DNA from: Octopus sinensis
Lineage: Eukaryota
DNA length: 64,000 nt
Reading direction: 5' to 3'
Assembly (NCBI RefSeq): GCF_006345805.1
Contig: NC_043005.1
Location: 44,516,001 to 44,580,000 of the forward strand
Position numbers and translations under genes: made by a program
The notes under the pieces: generated by a model
What the model saw: the letters and a program-made list of their open reading frames with translations, nothing else
Databases searched by the model: none
Told to the model about the DNA's origin: nothing
Shown here: piece by piece, positions 35,763-49,377 of the stretch
How the letters are laid out: the number at the start of each line of letters is the position of its first letter
How positions within the stretch are numbered: position 1 is the first letter of the stretch

Positions 35763-36349
35763 ACTGGTATGGTCATGTACTACGGATGGATGAAGAAAGA
35801 TGTGTGAAGAAGTGCCACTCCCAAACAGTTGAAGGTATCCGGGGGAGAGGTAGACCCAGGAAGACATGGGATGAAGTGGTCAAGCTCGACCTTCGAACGT
35901 TGGGCCTCACAGAGGCAATGACAAAAGACCAAGATCTCTGGAGATATGGAGATATGCTGTGACTGCAAAGACCTGACAAATAATATGAGTTCATGGCTGT
36001 TTCCTACACCAGTTTCACATAGCCCCAGCCCATCCAAAGTACCTTGGATTGCAGAACGACCTGCTGTGCTTACCTTGGATCGTAGGGTGACCTGCTGTGC
36101 TTGAGGAGCCCTATTGAGTCAAGTACATCAACATCAAAATATATCAAATGGAAACTGTAGTTGTGATACCTGTGCCGGTGGCAAGTAAAAAGCACCCACT
36201 ACACTCACGGAATGGTTGGCATTAGGAAGGGCATCCAGCTATAGAAACACTACCTGATCAGACTGGAGCCTGGTGCAGCCTCCTGGCTTCCCAGACCCTG
36301 GTCGAACCATCCGTCCTAGCATGGAAAACGGATGTTAAACGATGATGAT
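35763..36349 (+). mobile_element. RTE LINE 3' end: ORF C-terminus plus 3'UTR
   Basis: WYGHVLRMDEERCVKKC...GRGRPRKTWDEVVKLDL...DLWR, contiguous with GGAAGGGCATCCAGCT...CTAGCATGGAAAACGGATGTTAAAC(GAT)n. Confidence 0.92.
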
Positions 36350-37544
36350 ATTTGGAAATGAGTGACATTCACTATTTGTTTATAGCAATCACATGATACC
36401 AAGACCAGGAGACACAAACAGGTACATACACACATACACACACACACACACACACTCTCTCTCTCTGTCTGTCTCACACACACACACCATTCTTTCAGTT
36501 TTCATCTAACAAATTCACACAGGATGTTGTGATCAGCCAAAGGCTGTAGTCGAAGATACTTTTACCAAGTGCTATGCACAGGAACTGAACCTAAAACCTG
36601 CACCTATGAACCTAAATATAAAAATTAAACTTGAACTCCTTCAAAGCAGAGCCATAACAACTTATTACAATGCATTGCATATTAACGAAAAATTCTGAAA
36701 ATATAAGTAATCCTGAGATGCCAGCCACATAATAAACAGTATAGAAGTGGAGAGCAGGGTCAGTATATTTAAAATCTGGTGTATTAAATAGCTACAGAAG
36801 AATAAATATGGGGTGGATTTAAGTCAGAGTTGAAGGAGCCAGAATAGACACTATAATAAATTCTATCTAATGCTCTAGCAATTGTTCCAATTCATCAGCC
36901 TGGAGTGGTATTTCATTTATCAACTTCCTCCCAAAATAGGATGAAATACAAAATCAAGTTTGGCAGGATTTGAACTCAGAATTTAGAGAACATAGAGTCA
37001 GAGCAACTACCACCAGACATTTTATTCACTATCCTAAAGGTTTTGTCAATTTGCCACTATATTGGTTTCAGATTTTGGCACAAGGCCAGATTCTATGTCA
37101 GCATTTTAAAATCAGTGCTATGCACTGGATATTGAGTATATTTTTAAGGTACACTACGTTGGTTGAGCTCAATCATGGTCTTCTAGAACTACAATGTCAG
37201 CACAATCCTACATCTTAGATTTTAAAAAGAATTACTTTTTCATGGAGATGTACTTGTATAGCAAGTGACCTGATCTGAGATCGTGTGCTGGAATGAAGAC
37301 AATTGCAGTGTGGAAGGTGTTTATAAGCCATTAAAGAAACACACAAAAACCGTTAGATTCAACGGCTTTTGAGAGTTACTCTTATTACATTTTATTTCAA
37401 GTTTAAAAGCTAATCTTATCTTCAGTCTTTTGTACACGTTTCGTCAGCCTTTATATTTACACTTCACTATGGACACTATTTATCTCAGCAGTTGTTATTT
37501 TAATACATTTGTTTATTGTACTTTCAATAATAACCACAAACACC

Positions 37545-38270
37545 TAATTACTATATTAACTTTATCAGTTATTATAACATTGTTTTCAAATTTTGGCACC
37601 AAGGCTAGCAGTATAAGGGGATAGGGTGAGTTGATTACATCCACCCTAGTGTTCAATTGGTACTTATTTTATCGATCCTGAAAGGATGAAAGGTAATACT
37701 GACCATGGTGGAATTTGAACTCAGAATGCAAAGATGGACAAATACTGTTAAGCATTTTGCCTGGTATGCTAATGATTCTGCCAGCTTGCTGCTTTCAGTT
37801 ATTGTACTATTACTTTCAAGTTTTAGCTCAAGGTCAGTAATTCTGGAGGCGGGGTTAAGTTCATAACATCAACCCCAGTATTCAACTGGTACTTATTTTA
37901 TCGACTCTGAAGGGATGAAAGGTAACGTCGATCTCGGCAGAATTTGAACATAGAATGTAAAGGTGGATGAAATGCTGTGGAGCATTTTGCCTGGCATCCT
38001 AACAATTCTGCCAGCTCATCTGCTTCTGTTATTGTAATGTTGGTTTCAAATTTTGGCACAAGGTCAGTGATTCTGGGGGAGAAATTAAGTTGATTACATC
38101 AAGTCCAGTGTTCAACTGTTACTTATTTTATTGATCCTGAAAGAATGAAAGGCAAAGTCAACCTCGGCAGAATTTGAACTCAGAATGTAAAGAGGAACAA
38201 AATGCTGCTAAGCATTTTGCCAAGCATGCTATTGATTCTGCTAGCTCACTGCCTTCAGTTATTGTAATAT
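37545..38270 (-). mobile_element. Head-to-tail trimer of SINE family A
   Basis: Three ~230-250 bp units separated and flanked by (C)AGTTATT(G/A)TA(A/C) at ~37545, 37796, 38025 and 38255. Confidence 0.85.
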
Positions 38271-41200
38271 TAATCTATAAACTTGCATAAAATATATAGT
38301 GTATGTATGAATGGGATGAATAAATGATTTTCAAAAAGTTTGTTAGATTTTATAAAAACAACAAATGTATTAGGAATTGCATGCCTAAAAAGAAAAATGG
38401 CAAAAACATAATAATTGTATATCTGGCTGTTCATTGAATAAACTGATCTCATAATGTTAGCCTACACCTTCCTTGTAGGCTAACAATTTGAAGTTCTTTT
38501 CTGGTCAACACTTAAGATTACCACATACTCTTGTGTTGCATCCAAAAATCTTTTTAAAGACACTTCTTATAAAATTTATTAATAGAAAACAAAAAGGAGA
38601 TACACTTAAATCATGATTTCCAATGTAAAATTATATTCAAACAATTTTTCTTGAATAGTAATGAAGAACGATTACCAAATGACTTGAATAACTCTTCAGA
38701 AATTACTTAAAAATATAAAAACTATCTTCTTTTATAATTTTTTTTTTTTTTTTTTTTTTTTTGCTTTTTTGAAATTTAAATTAATTTTTATATTTCTATT
38801 CAAGTAGTTTTGTTCAGAAAGCAATGTATAACATCAGAAACAATCACGACCCACCAAAGCAACAACGACTGGTGTTCTGTTTGATTCTGCACTAACTTAA
38901 ATTTTGCAGTATAAAATTTAAAGTGTAATGCATAAGTATCAATTGAAAATAACTTTTCAGGAAATGACCTGCATTTTAAATACGCTCAGGATTCTCTATA
39001 AATTTCTTAAATCCTATATAGTATAAGAAATTTTGGTTACTTAATATATGCTAAAAATTAACAACTAAATATTGAGTTGAGATATATTTATTCTCAGTCA
39101 AGTAAAGATACTTGTGGCAGAAAGTAAATATATTTAAATTATTAATTTTCTTCCATGAAGTTTTGATTTATATTATTGTAGAATAAGATTCAAATCATTC
39201 TTCGGAAAAGGACAATATTTTAAAATAAAACATTAATTTCAATTACCCAATAAAAAAATATTTCATAATTTTAAATTTTAATCTTATTGTACAAATTCTT
39301 TTCGCTTCCAAGTGGTCACTCAGAAATGTATTTTATCAATAAAAAGATATATTAAATATACTTAAGATTGATAACATAGTATATTTTGTGTGTATATACT
39401 TGATAAGACAAGATTAATGTTGCTTATTTGTCCAGAACCATTGTGAAGTCAGCAATATAATGAAGGAAGCAAAAAGTTGGCAAGAAATGAATGGATATTG
39501 AGTAACTTTAAATAATTTTAGAGGAATTTATTAATACTTTGGTTAAATTACAAAAAGGAATTGGCATCTCATTAATTTCAGAAGTACTATTCTTTGTAGA
39601 ATTCTCAGGAACACTTCTGAAACCCATATAGAATGTATCTGTATCTTTGATTACAATCTTGTAAATAATAATAAAAAAATAATGATAGGAGGCAAATCTT
39701 CCTCAGACCGTATCCTAGTATTCAAAATGACATATTGGATAATGTCACCTGGGTACACTATTGATGAAAGATAAACAAGATGGTCATGGTTTGGATGTCT
39801 TTAAAATAAAAGGTTTGTTTGATTAGAGTTGACTTGCATCTAAACATCAGCAATTGCCATCAATATTTGGAATCCTTGATTGAAATGTTTTGTGCAACAG
39901 ACTTCAAAATCAACATTAGATGCACTTCCATCTAAAACCTCTACATCAAGAGTAATATTGATCAAGTCTTACTTCAAAGAAAAACAAGGTGGAAGAGACA
40001 TGATATAAATTTAGGTAGCATTTACATACCCTGTTGTATGTTTTCAACTTTGAATATTACTACACAATAAAATGAAATTATTGTAATAATTTGTATATCT
40101 TTGGATAATAATATTCATGGAGGAGGGGGAAGCAAGGTGGAGGAGTGACAGCAATCACAGAATAATGGAGAAAATGCCCTGCAGTATTTAGTTTTGCATA
40201 TATCTTTTATGTCCTGAGGTTAAACCCAGCTGAGATTAATTCCGTTTTTAATCATTCTCTGCTTGATGAAATAAAAGTGCTTGTCATACACCAGGGTGAA
40301 TTCAGCCAACTGCACATTCTCGCAAAATGAGCAGCTTTGTGCTAGATCTAGAAATTAATATTCTTAGGGATGACAACAGTGGTATGCACAGAGCTGCTAG
40401 TTAATTTTACCTTGAACAAAACTGTCACACAGATTATTGTAGTGACAGATAATTATGCAAGAGTAAGACTAAAAGTGCTCCTAACATCAACATAAGTATT
40501 CTATCCTATGTAAATGCCATAGAAATTCAGGAACAATGCATATCTATCAAAGTGATATTATTCAACTCAGTATATTCAACTACCTTATCTAATGTTAGCC
40601 ACATGGAATTAATTTTGAAAATGCAACTCCACTGTTGAATAAAAATTTTGAAGAAATAAGCGTCTTCATCATTTTCATTAATTTAACATCCACTTTTCCA
40701 TGCTCATGTGGGTTATATTTATTGAAGATTTTCTACAGTTTGATGCCATTCCTGTCACTTACCCTCACCTGTTTCCAATTAAGTTAATATATCTCCTTCG
40801 TTGATCCTGTTTTCAAGGATATAAGGAAATGAATGACACCACTTGTATGAAGGTGACACTCATTTACAACAAGTACTCAATGTCAAAACAAGGAGTCACC
40901 AACTCACAAGCACATATGCATGGGAAAAAAGGACATCAAATGATAATGATGCTATAATATATATTCAATTGACTTCTTTTGGTTTCTATTTACCAAACCC
41001 ATTCACAAGGCTTTGACTAACTTTGGACTTAGAAGACACTTGCTCCAGGTGCCATGCAATGGGAATTGAATCAAGACTAAATGATGTAATAAACATTATG
41101 AAACAGATGTTAAGCTGTCTACTGCTACATAGAAATGTGATCTATGGATTAATATTTTATGTTATAACTTTTACAGAATTCATCCGATTTTGATGAAATT

Positions 41201-41585
41201 TGACATTTAGGTAAACTTTATGGTCAGAGTCATGTAGAAGAATTAAAATTAAACTGGTGAAAGGCAGAAATCATCAAAATTCACTCACAATAAAATAATG
41301 AATTGATTTTGAAGAAAATTGACCCATGAGTAAAATTAAGCACTTCGACATGAAACATCGGTTATTCATACAGTTCTATATTTAAGAGACGAGGAATTAT
41401 GTACATTATTTACATTATTTACATTCGACGGATATTTGTCCTCATCTTGTTTGTTGTTAACACAGCATTATCGATTATTCATATAATGTATTGAGATTTA
41501 AAAGTTAATGGGATATTTTCATGGATTCTATTTTATGACATAGCCTTAACACTTTTCTTTGGATTACACTGATTAGACCCGCTGA

Positions 41586-41819
41586 TTAATTTTGTAGAAA
41601 TAAACGAACATCACTTTCAACAGGTTTGACTGTGATTTCAGATGGTCCAGTATGTTGGAGTATGTCGAAAGCTTTAGCAAGGTAAAAATCCCTGCCGAAC
41701 CAGATATGACATCTTAATGGGTAGTAGTTGGCACGAGGAACAGAAGATTTCAGTACAAGGTCAGAGGTGGGCTTAACGCCAACACAGAAGACATGAGCAA
41801 CTCCAGGTTCAACAGCTAG
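41586..41819 (-). other. Unassigned 77-codon open frame without a start codon
   Basis: [77 protein letters not shown]; non-repetitive composition; truncated by a TA tract. Confidence 0.35.
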
Positions 41820-41882
41820 TATATATATATATATATATTATATATATAATATATATATATTATATATATATATATGTATATA

Positions 41883-41921
<39 letters not shown>

Positions 41922-42135
41922 TATATATATATTATATATATATTATATATTTATATATATATATGTATATATATATTTATATATATGTATATATATGTAC
42001 ATATATATTTATATCTATATGTATATATATATGTATATATATATATTTATGTATATGTATATATGTATATATATATTTATATATATGTATATATATATGT
42101 ATATATATATTTATATATATGTATATATATATATG
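41820..42135. repeat. Long imperfect (TA)n microsatellite
   Basis: Directly visible. Confidence 0.97.
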
Positions 42136-42545
42136 TAAATGACTTTGGCATCGAGAGTCACACAAATGCCAGAACCGGACGCCTCTGCGTAGTACCAAGG
42201 ACTCCAAATTTGCTATCAAGATGTAGGACAAGATATTGTGATAGCCTGGGCTTCAGAGGCCCACAGCTCTTCAATATCCTCCCGAAGAAGCTGAGGGACC
42301 TGCATGGTGTAGATGCGGATGTCTTTAAAGTAGGACTGGATCTTTTCCGCTCAGGTGTCCTGGATGAACCAACTTCACAGCAGGAGGTGCAGATGAGGGC
42401 AGCTGCATCGAACTCTCTCATGCATCAGATGGCGTTTGCTAAAAAGCATCCGTGAGGTAAAATCCTGTAGCAAACCAAATGGCGATGCCCCAGCATGGCC
42501 ACAGCTCATTAGCTGAAACTGGAAAAATCAAAATCAAAAATCAAA
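42136..42545 (+). mobile_element. CR1-group LINE 3' end (ORF2 C-terminus, 3'UTR, tail)
   Basis: [26 protein letters not shown]...FKVGLDLF...DEP...[11 protein letters not shown], then GGCGATGCCCCAGCATGGCCACAGCTC...GCTGAAACT and (AAAATC)n. Confidence 0.88.
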
Positions 42546-42683
42546 TATGTATATATATATATATATATATAATATATTATATATATATTATATATATATT
42601 ATATATATTATATAATATATATATATATATATATAATATATATATATTTACATACATACATATGTATATATGTATGTATATAT

Positions 42684-42960
42684 AGGTCTATCCGCTCAGT
42701 CGAAGTCAACTCTCGGTTACTCAATGGATCAGTGTCCTCCTGTCAGTTCTATCCTGGGCTGCTACTTTCAAATTGGCTATGTCCATTCCAGTATCATTCT
42801 TGATGGTGTCAAGCCAGTGGGTTCTTGGTCGGCCTCTTTCTCTCTTGCCACTGACCATTCCAAGCATGATGTCCTTCTCCAGGGATTTTCTCCGCATAAT
42901 ATGACCAAAATATGCCAATCTATGCTTGGTGATCCTAGCTTCTAGTGACATTTTCGGCCT
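42684..42960 (-). mobile_element. RTE (BovB-like) ORF C-terminus, copy 1
   Basis: SLEARITKHRLAYFGHIMRRKSLEKDIMLGMVSGKRERGRPRTHWLD. Confidence 0.9.
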
Positions 42961-42983
42961 GATCTGCTTAAGATATATGTTTA

Positions 42984-43028
<45 letters not shown>

Positions 43029-43132
43029 TAATATATATATATATATATTATATATATATATTATATATAATATATATATATATAATATATATATATTTAC
43101 ATACATACATATGTATATATGTATGTATATAT

Positions 43133-43409
43133 AGGTCTATCCGCTCAGTCGAAGTCAACTCTCGGTTACTCAATGGATCAGTGTCCTCCTGTCAGTTCTA
43201 TCCTGGGCTGCTACTTTCAAATTGGCTATGTCCATTCCAGTATCATTCTTGATGGTGTCAAGCCAGTGGGTTCTTGGTCGGCCTCTTTCTCTCTTGCCAC
43301 TGACCATTCCAAGCATGATGTCCTTCTCCAGGGATTTTCTCCGCATAATATGACCAAAATATGCCAATCTATGCTTGGTGATCCTAGCTTCTAGTGACAT
43401 TTTCGGCCT
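43133..43409 (-). mobile_element. RTE (BovB-like) ORF C-terminus, copy 2 (identical, offset 449 bp)
   Basis: Same sequence and ORFs as copy 1 (42670/43119 and 42721/43170). Confidence 0.9.
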
Positions 43410-43432
43410 GATCTGCTTAAGATATATGTTTA

Positions 43433-43477
<45 letters not shown>

Positions 43478-44879
43478 TATATATATATAACAATGTTAAA
43501 ATGGAACAAAATCGCAATAGAGGACATTAAAACATTCGCACAGAGAGATGATGCAAAGGCAGGCAAGAGAAACAACAATGTGGAAATGTCATTATGCTGT
43601 CTACCAGTAATTGGAAGAGAGAAAACCTGAGGAAAATGGCAGAAAACCTGATGAGATAGTTTTAAAAAATTATCTTTGTGGAAGGAACTTCACATGAGAA
43701 ATTCGAACAATCTTTGCTAATAAAACCCAATGTAGGACTGATTAATCGATTCAGGCTTTCCACATGCTATCAAATTTACTGTTTGCTGATCTTAATATAC
43801 GATATCATAGCACTATCATTCTTACTGGGCTGTGAATGACTAATTTGTTATTTGTGACTGATGATGTGTAACAATGCAGAAATGCATGCATTCTATGATC
43901 TTATGACATCATTCATAGCTCAATGTGTTTTCCCATGTTGTCTAAGAGAGAAAATCTACATGAGCATTGAGAAATATCAATGTATACACACACACACACA
44001 TCTCTTTCCAAAAGTTTGGCTTCAGTGATGAAATGAGATGATAAATAAATGTTGATATGTGTTGAGAAGTTTTCCCTCTATAAGTAATGCTTTAAAAAAG
44101 GACCAATTAGATTATTTAGTCCACATTATAATAGAGAAGACATAGTGTAGGTTGTGAAAAACAGAAAAGATATGCGCAATAAGTGGGAATGTTATTTATT
44201 GCCAGAAAATAACAAAGAAAATAAATATTAAAGTAGAGGCAATGTTCGTGAGGATGAAATGGAAGCTGACTATAGCTTCTTATGGTGAAACTATAATGTT
44301 AAAGCTAAAACCATATATTAAAAATGATTATTAAATTCAATAGAAATATTTGAATGAGTGTTGTAGATGCTGTTACTGAAATAATTTAAAACTTATTCCT
44401 CGTATTCATAACATGGATTGATAACATTTTATATAAGTAATCAAATGCCTATGTATCAACATCTGAATGGTCAGTTAGTGTCTCTATTTATGTACTTTTG
44501 TTTAAATGTACATTTATCATAATGCAGGAATGGCTCAATATGAAATTAAAAATAAAGTATGACATTACTCGGAAATAAGTAATACCACAGGTTCATTGAA
44601 CTTGTTACTGCAAGTTCGGTGAACTTTTCTGCTTTTTTTATTATCTGCATTATGTCTTTCTGATATTTGTGCAAATCATCTTTATTGCCAATTCTTGTTT
44701 AAGCCACATGACTATAAAGAGCACAAGAATATCTAGAAGAAAAATATCAGACCACTGGCTCATAGGCCAAATTTGTTTTGTTATAGTCTTTAGTGAACAT
44801 AACAATAAATCTACAAAAGTCTTGAAAATAAGCAGTCAAATTTTCTCAAAATCCCATTCTGCAGCATCACCACTGCTGT

Positions 44880-45200
44880 CATCATCATTATTATCATCAT
44901 CATCATCATCATCATCTTGGTCCTCCTCCTCCTCCTCCTTATATTTTATTTTTCTGTGCTTGCATATGTTGGACAGGTCTTCTCCTGCAGAACATCTTGC
45001 AACATGTGGTCAATCATCATTTTCTTCATAAGCTTCAGCCTCTGAAAGTCCTCTTTTACCACACTTCTCATGTCATCATCCATGATTTTCTTCTACCTCT
45101 TAGATCACTTGCCATGTTTTTACCCAACTTCCATCTTTCATATACATCACCTGTTCTGTACTAGCTCAGTCATCTGTCTAGTACTATTTTCAAAAAAGTA
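44880..45200 (-). mobile_element. Degenerate RTE 3' end (different family)
   Basis: RGRRKS...SVVKEDFQRLKL...DVLQEKTCPT-like residues and (GAT)n tail on the minus strand. Confidence 0.55.
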
Positions 45201-45429
45201 GGGCACATTGGATAGAAATTACATCTAAAGATGAAAAGACAGGATGGCGATAGTTGCAGTGTTGTTGATAACACAGTGTAACACGATTTTTGTCTTTGGA
45301 TAGCAACTGTCATTTCTTACTTGTGTACCTCTAGAAACTATGCAAAATGGTTAATATTTCCTTCAAACTTTGCTTTTGGTGGTGGTGGTGGTGATGATGA
45401 TGATGATGATGATGATCTGAAGAATTCAA

Positions 45430-45775
45430 GTCTAGTCCCATTGCATGGCACCTTGGGCAAAGTGTCTTCTAATATAGCCTCGGGCCAACCAAAGCCTTGT
45501 GAGTGGATTTGGTAGATGGAAACTGAAAGAAGCCCGTCGTATATATATATATGAATATGAATATGTTTGTGTGTCTGTGTTTGCCCCCCCCCCACCATCA
45601 CTTGACAACTGATGTTGGTGTTTACTTCCCCGTAACTTAACAGTTCAGCAAAAGAGACTGATAGAATAAGTGCTAGGCTTACAAGGAATAAGCCCTGGGG
45701 TCGATTTGTTCAACTAAAGGCGGTGCTCCAGCATGGCTGGAAGTCAAATGACTGAAACAAATAAAAGAATAAAAG
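45430..45775 (+). mobile_element. SINE family B (head truncated)
   Basis: GGCACCTTGGGCAAAGTGTCTTC through GGCGGTGCTCCAGCATGG...GACTGAAACAAATAAAAGAAT. Confidence 0.88.
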
Positions 45776-45968
45776 GTAAAGCCAATTCTGGCTTGATTTT
45801 AACTCAGAACATAAGGGGATGTGACTAATATCCTGCAGGACAGTCATTGTGACATTCATACCATCCACTATTCTTTCTAACATTAATAACACTTTTTAAT
45901 TTAATTAACCCTTCAAGTAATGAAAGTGAAAATGTGACTACCTCGAAGGATTTATTCCTGTAACTTAG

Positions 45969-46021
<53 letters not shown>

Positions 46022-46142
46022 GCACACACACACATACACACACACACATGCACACACACACGCTCATACATACATACACACATATACACATGCACACACA
46101 GTTATACACACACATATATATGTATATATATATGTTTATATA

Positions 46143-46188
<46 letters not shown>

Positions 46189-46501
46189 TACACAGACACA
46201 TATGCACACACATACACACACATAAGCACATACTCACACACAGAGACATATTTATCTACATATATAAATAGGGTTTTACTTTGAATGATTGAAATTCTTG
46301 TGGCAAAAGCATTCTCACAAGTGACATATCTTATAAATTTTATTTCAATAAGATGTGACTTCTAACTGTGCAACATTACATAAATGTGAAGTATCCACTT
46401 TCTGAAAAAGAATTTCGGAGAGTTTTTGTCATCTTCAGTGTGTTGAGGAAATCAATGGAAGTAGTTTAAAGTTTGTTTGGGATCTAAAACAATGTCTACA
46501 G

Positions 46502-46844
46502 CTGAGGTTCTCAACCATTCTTTTTTTTACCTATGTAGACCCTTTGATTACTATTTTATTCTGGTGGAAACCCCCACCCTCATAGCCATTCGATGTCTAA
46601 AAACTAGTTTTATAGAAACGTCCTTCAAAATTCCTATTTTGTTTTTCATGCATTTATTTATGTTGGTTGGAAAATGTTGAAGAATGAAACCTAGCTGTTT
46701 CTTGCAATAAATATCAATACATATATCTGAAGTAAACGTTTTTCAGGGGCCCTTAAAATATTATTGTGGATCCTCAATTTACTATTTTGCTACATGAACC
46801 CCCAAATATCTTACATGATCCTTCAGAAACCATATGAACCACTG
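46502..46844. mobile_element. hAT-type MITE
   Basis: C(T)GAGGTTCTCAACC ... GAACCACTG ends; degenerate 8-bp TSD GTCTACAG / GCTTACAG; homologous to 10925-11070. Confidence 0.65.
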
Positions 46845-46950
46845 GCTTACAGGGTAGGAAATTAATTCATTTCCATGTAATTAATATAATTAGTGTTCTG
46901 ATCATCTTAGAGCCCTTTGCAATTGTGGTAGATACGTTGTTTATCTTCTA

Positions 46951-47516
46951 TTGGATTGTCTGGAAAGTTCGTGCCGATTTTTAAAGGAAAGAAAAAGGTC
47001 AATAAATACTTGCCATTACATTTTTAATCACCCAAATATAAACCATTTTGTTGTACAATGTGTCTCCATCTTTCCTTTAACTTGAAAATATCCTCTTTCC
47101 AGAATTGAGGTGGTTTCATGGCAAAGAATTCATAAAGGTATCTTTTTATGTCATCCATGGAATTGAAATTTTTACCATTAAGACTATTCTGCAGAGACCT
47201 GAATAAGTGGAAATCTGAAGGAACAATATCTGGTGAATATGGAGGCTGGGGTAACACATCCCAGCCCAACTGCAGCAATTTTTGTCTGGTTCCTAAAGCA
47301 ACAAGTGCCGAAAATGAACTTTCTTGTCTTCCATTTTAAATGGTTACAGAATTAACACAGGTTATAGGAACATAAATCTTCTTCCACAAGAAGATAGCTT
47401 AAACTGTGCTCTAAATGTAGGTGTAGTCAAATCCTATTTTATGAACTCAACCATGTTCTAAAATAAGTCAAAAGGTAAGCTTCTATAAATCAGCACAAAC
47501 TCTCTGGACAACCCAA
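46951..47516 (-). mobile_element. Internally deleted mariner (566 bp) retaining both TIRs and the transposase C-terminus
   Basis: TA|TTGGATTGTCTGGAAAGTTCGTGCCGATTT ... AAATCAGCACAAACTCTCTGGACAACCCAA|TA; ORF GWDVLPQPPYSPDIVPSDFHLFRSLQNSL...ERWRHIVQQNG. Confidence 0.93.
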
Positions 47517-47534
47517 TATCTTTTATAATAAGAA

Positions 47535-47675
47535 TTTTTAGTTATATGAATTGACCCCTGTACTTATTTTCACTTTTAAGCTTGTCACTTATCCTATGTG
47601 GGTATTTTTTGCCAAACTGCTAATTCGTGGAGGGCACAAACACAGCAAGGGCAGTTGTCAAGTAGTGGTGGGGGA

Positions 47676-47718
<43 letters not shown>

Positions 47719-47830
47719 AATAATCTTCTTTCAGTTTCCGTCTACCAAATCCACTCAGTACAAGGTGCCATCTAATAATGGGGCTGAACCTAGATCCATG
47801 TAGTTGGGAAGCAAGCTTCTTATCACAGCC
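47535..47830 (-). mobile_element. SINE family B, degenerate
   Basis: Reverse-complement core with (CA)n tract and head. Confidence 0.7.
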
Positions 47831-48696
47831 ACAAGAAAATAAATTTTGATGTTTGTTTTATGTAAGCTGATAATGTTTATTTACAAATTTCAGCCATAGA
47901 TATTTCTCCATTTTGATCAACCCCTTTCTCCAAGTTCCAAAAGAACTTGTTGCAAAATCAGTGGAGTGTTGGTCTTTCTTAAGGCAAGTCCATATGATTG
48001 TTCTCAGTTTATATTTCTTAATATATGTCTCCATAGATATAATGATTTCAAACAGCTTCTGATTCTGTTCCATTTTGGAATAATTGAAAATATCTGTCCA
48101 AAGTCTCCTACTAAGATGACTTTATCAAAAGGAGAACATGTTTCCCAGTTATCTCTCTCTCTCTCTCTCTCCCTCTCTCACTTTCCCTTCACCTACTTAT
48201 CTATTGCCTGTGATTGCCTGACTGTCTGTTTGTATCCCCCTTTTGTCACCAAAATTTCAACCAATTCATACAATCTCTCATTCACACACAGACAATCACA
48301 AACATATAATAATAGATGGTCAGTTTCTGACAACTCCAATTATTGTTTTCTTTTTCTTTCTTTTTTCTTTTGTAAGATAAAATAAGTTATAGCCATGCTA
48401 ACTTAATCTCCATGGCGCCCAGTCTTTGACCATAAGGAAAAGTGGACAGAAAACAGTTATAAGGCTTATTTCTAAGGCCTTTCCTTCAGTTCTTTTTCTT
48501 TCTTGGTTCTAGATTCTAATGGTCTATACATAGTAATCCCTTTTTAAGTCAGCATTATAAAAACGTTTTAGATTGGTAACAACATACAGGTATGCATGCA
48601 TGCATACATATATACATGCAAACACGCATACATACATACATACATACATATATACATACATACATACATACATACATACATCCGTACATACATACG

Positions 48697-49015
48697 TACA
48701 TTATGGCTGCCCCCTCGTTATCGAGTATGGCCATTGCATGAAGCTTAACTGTTACTGGTGCTGTGATTGAATGTGACTTTTTAACCCAGCTAAAGATCTA
48801 CAATGTCTTGTACAGAATTGGCAACTAAAACCTTTACCAGTAATAGCCGGCTGTAGTTGTAACTGGGCTTCATGTACCTTTGCATGTCATTTAAGTCCTC
48901 CTGCCGAATTACACTCTCTTCCACATGCCGGAGAGATATGATTAGTATGGTGTGTTACACCACCACCAGTGGCCAGGTTGTCACTCATCTGTCTCACTTT
49001 ATGACTACGAAGATG
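48697..49015 (-). mobile_element. RTE-type LINE 3' end encoding two C2H2 zinc-finger motifs
   Basis: (S)PACGRECNSAGGLK*HAKVH and CQFCTRHCRSLAGLKSHIQSQH*, followed by GCAATGGCCATACTCGATAACGAGGGGGCAGCCATA and a (ATGT)n tail. Confidence 0.65.
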
Positions 49016-49377
49016 ATACATACATACATATATTCTGGGATATGTAACATACTGCCTAAATACCAATCTTGAGAAAATTGGCTTCTCAAAACCAGAAAGG
49101 AGTAAGCTAATTCGAAGGCTACAGATCCAATCCATCACTGGAACTGTAAAAATCTGTAAAACTTTTGAGAAGTTTATCATTCAAATGTATATGAGCATGT
49201 CTAGATATGTAACTCTATGCATGAGAATACATACATACATACTCACATACTCCATTGATGTTGTTGAAATTCCAATGAAGGAGCCTTGGATCTATCTGAG
49301 AAACCAGCTCTTTCTCTATTGGCATGAAATCTTGAAATAAAACTGAATAATGACATAAATAAATAAATAAATAAAAA

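Noticed and set aside
38738-38762. Poly(T) tract as a retrocopy poly(A) tail
   Set aside because: No polyadenylation signal, TSD or ORF found on the minus strand
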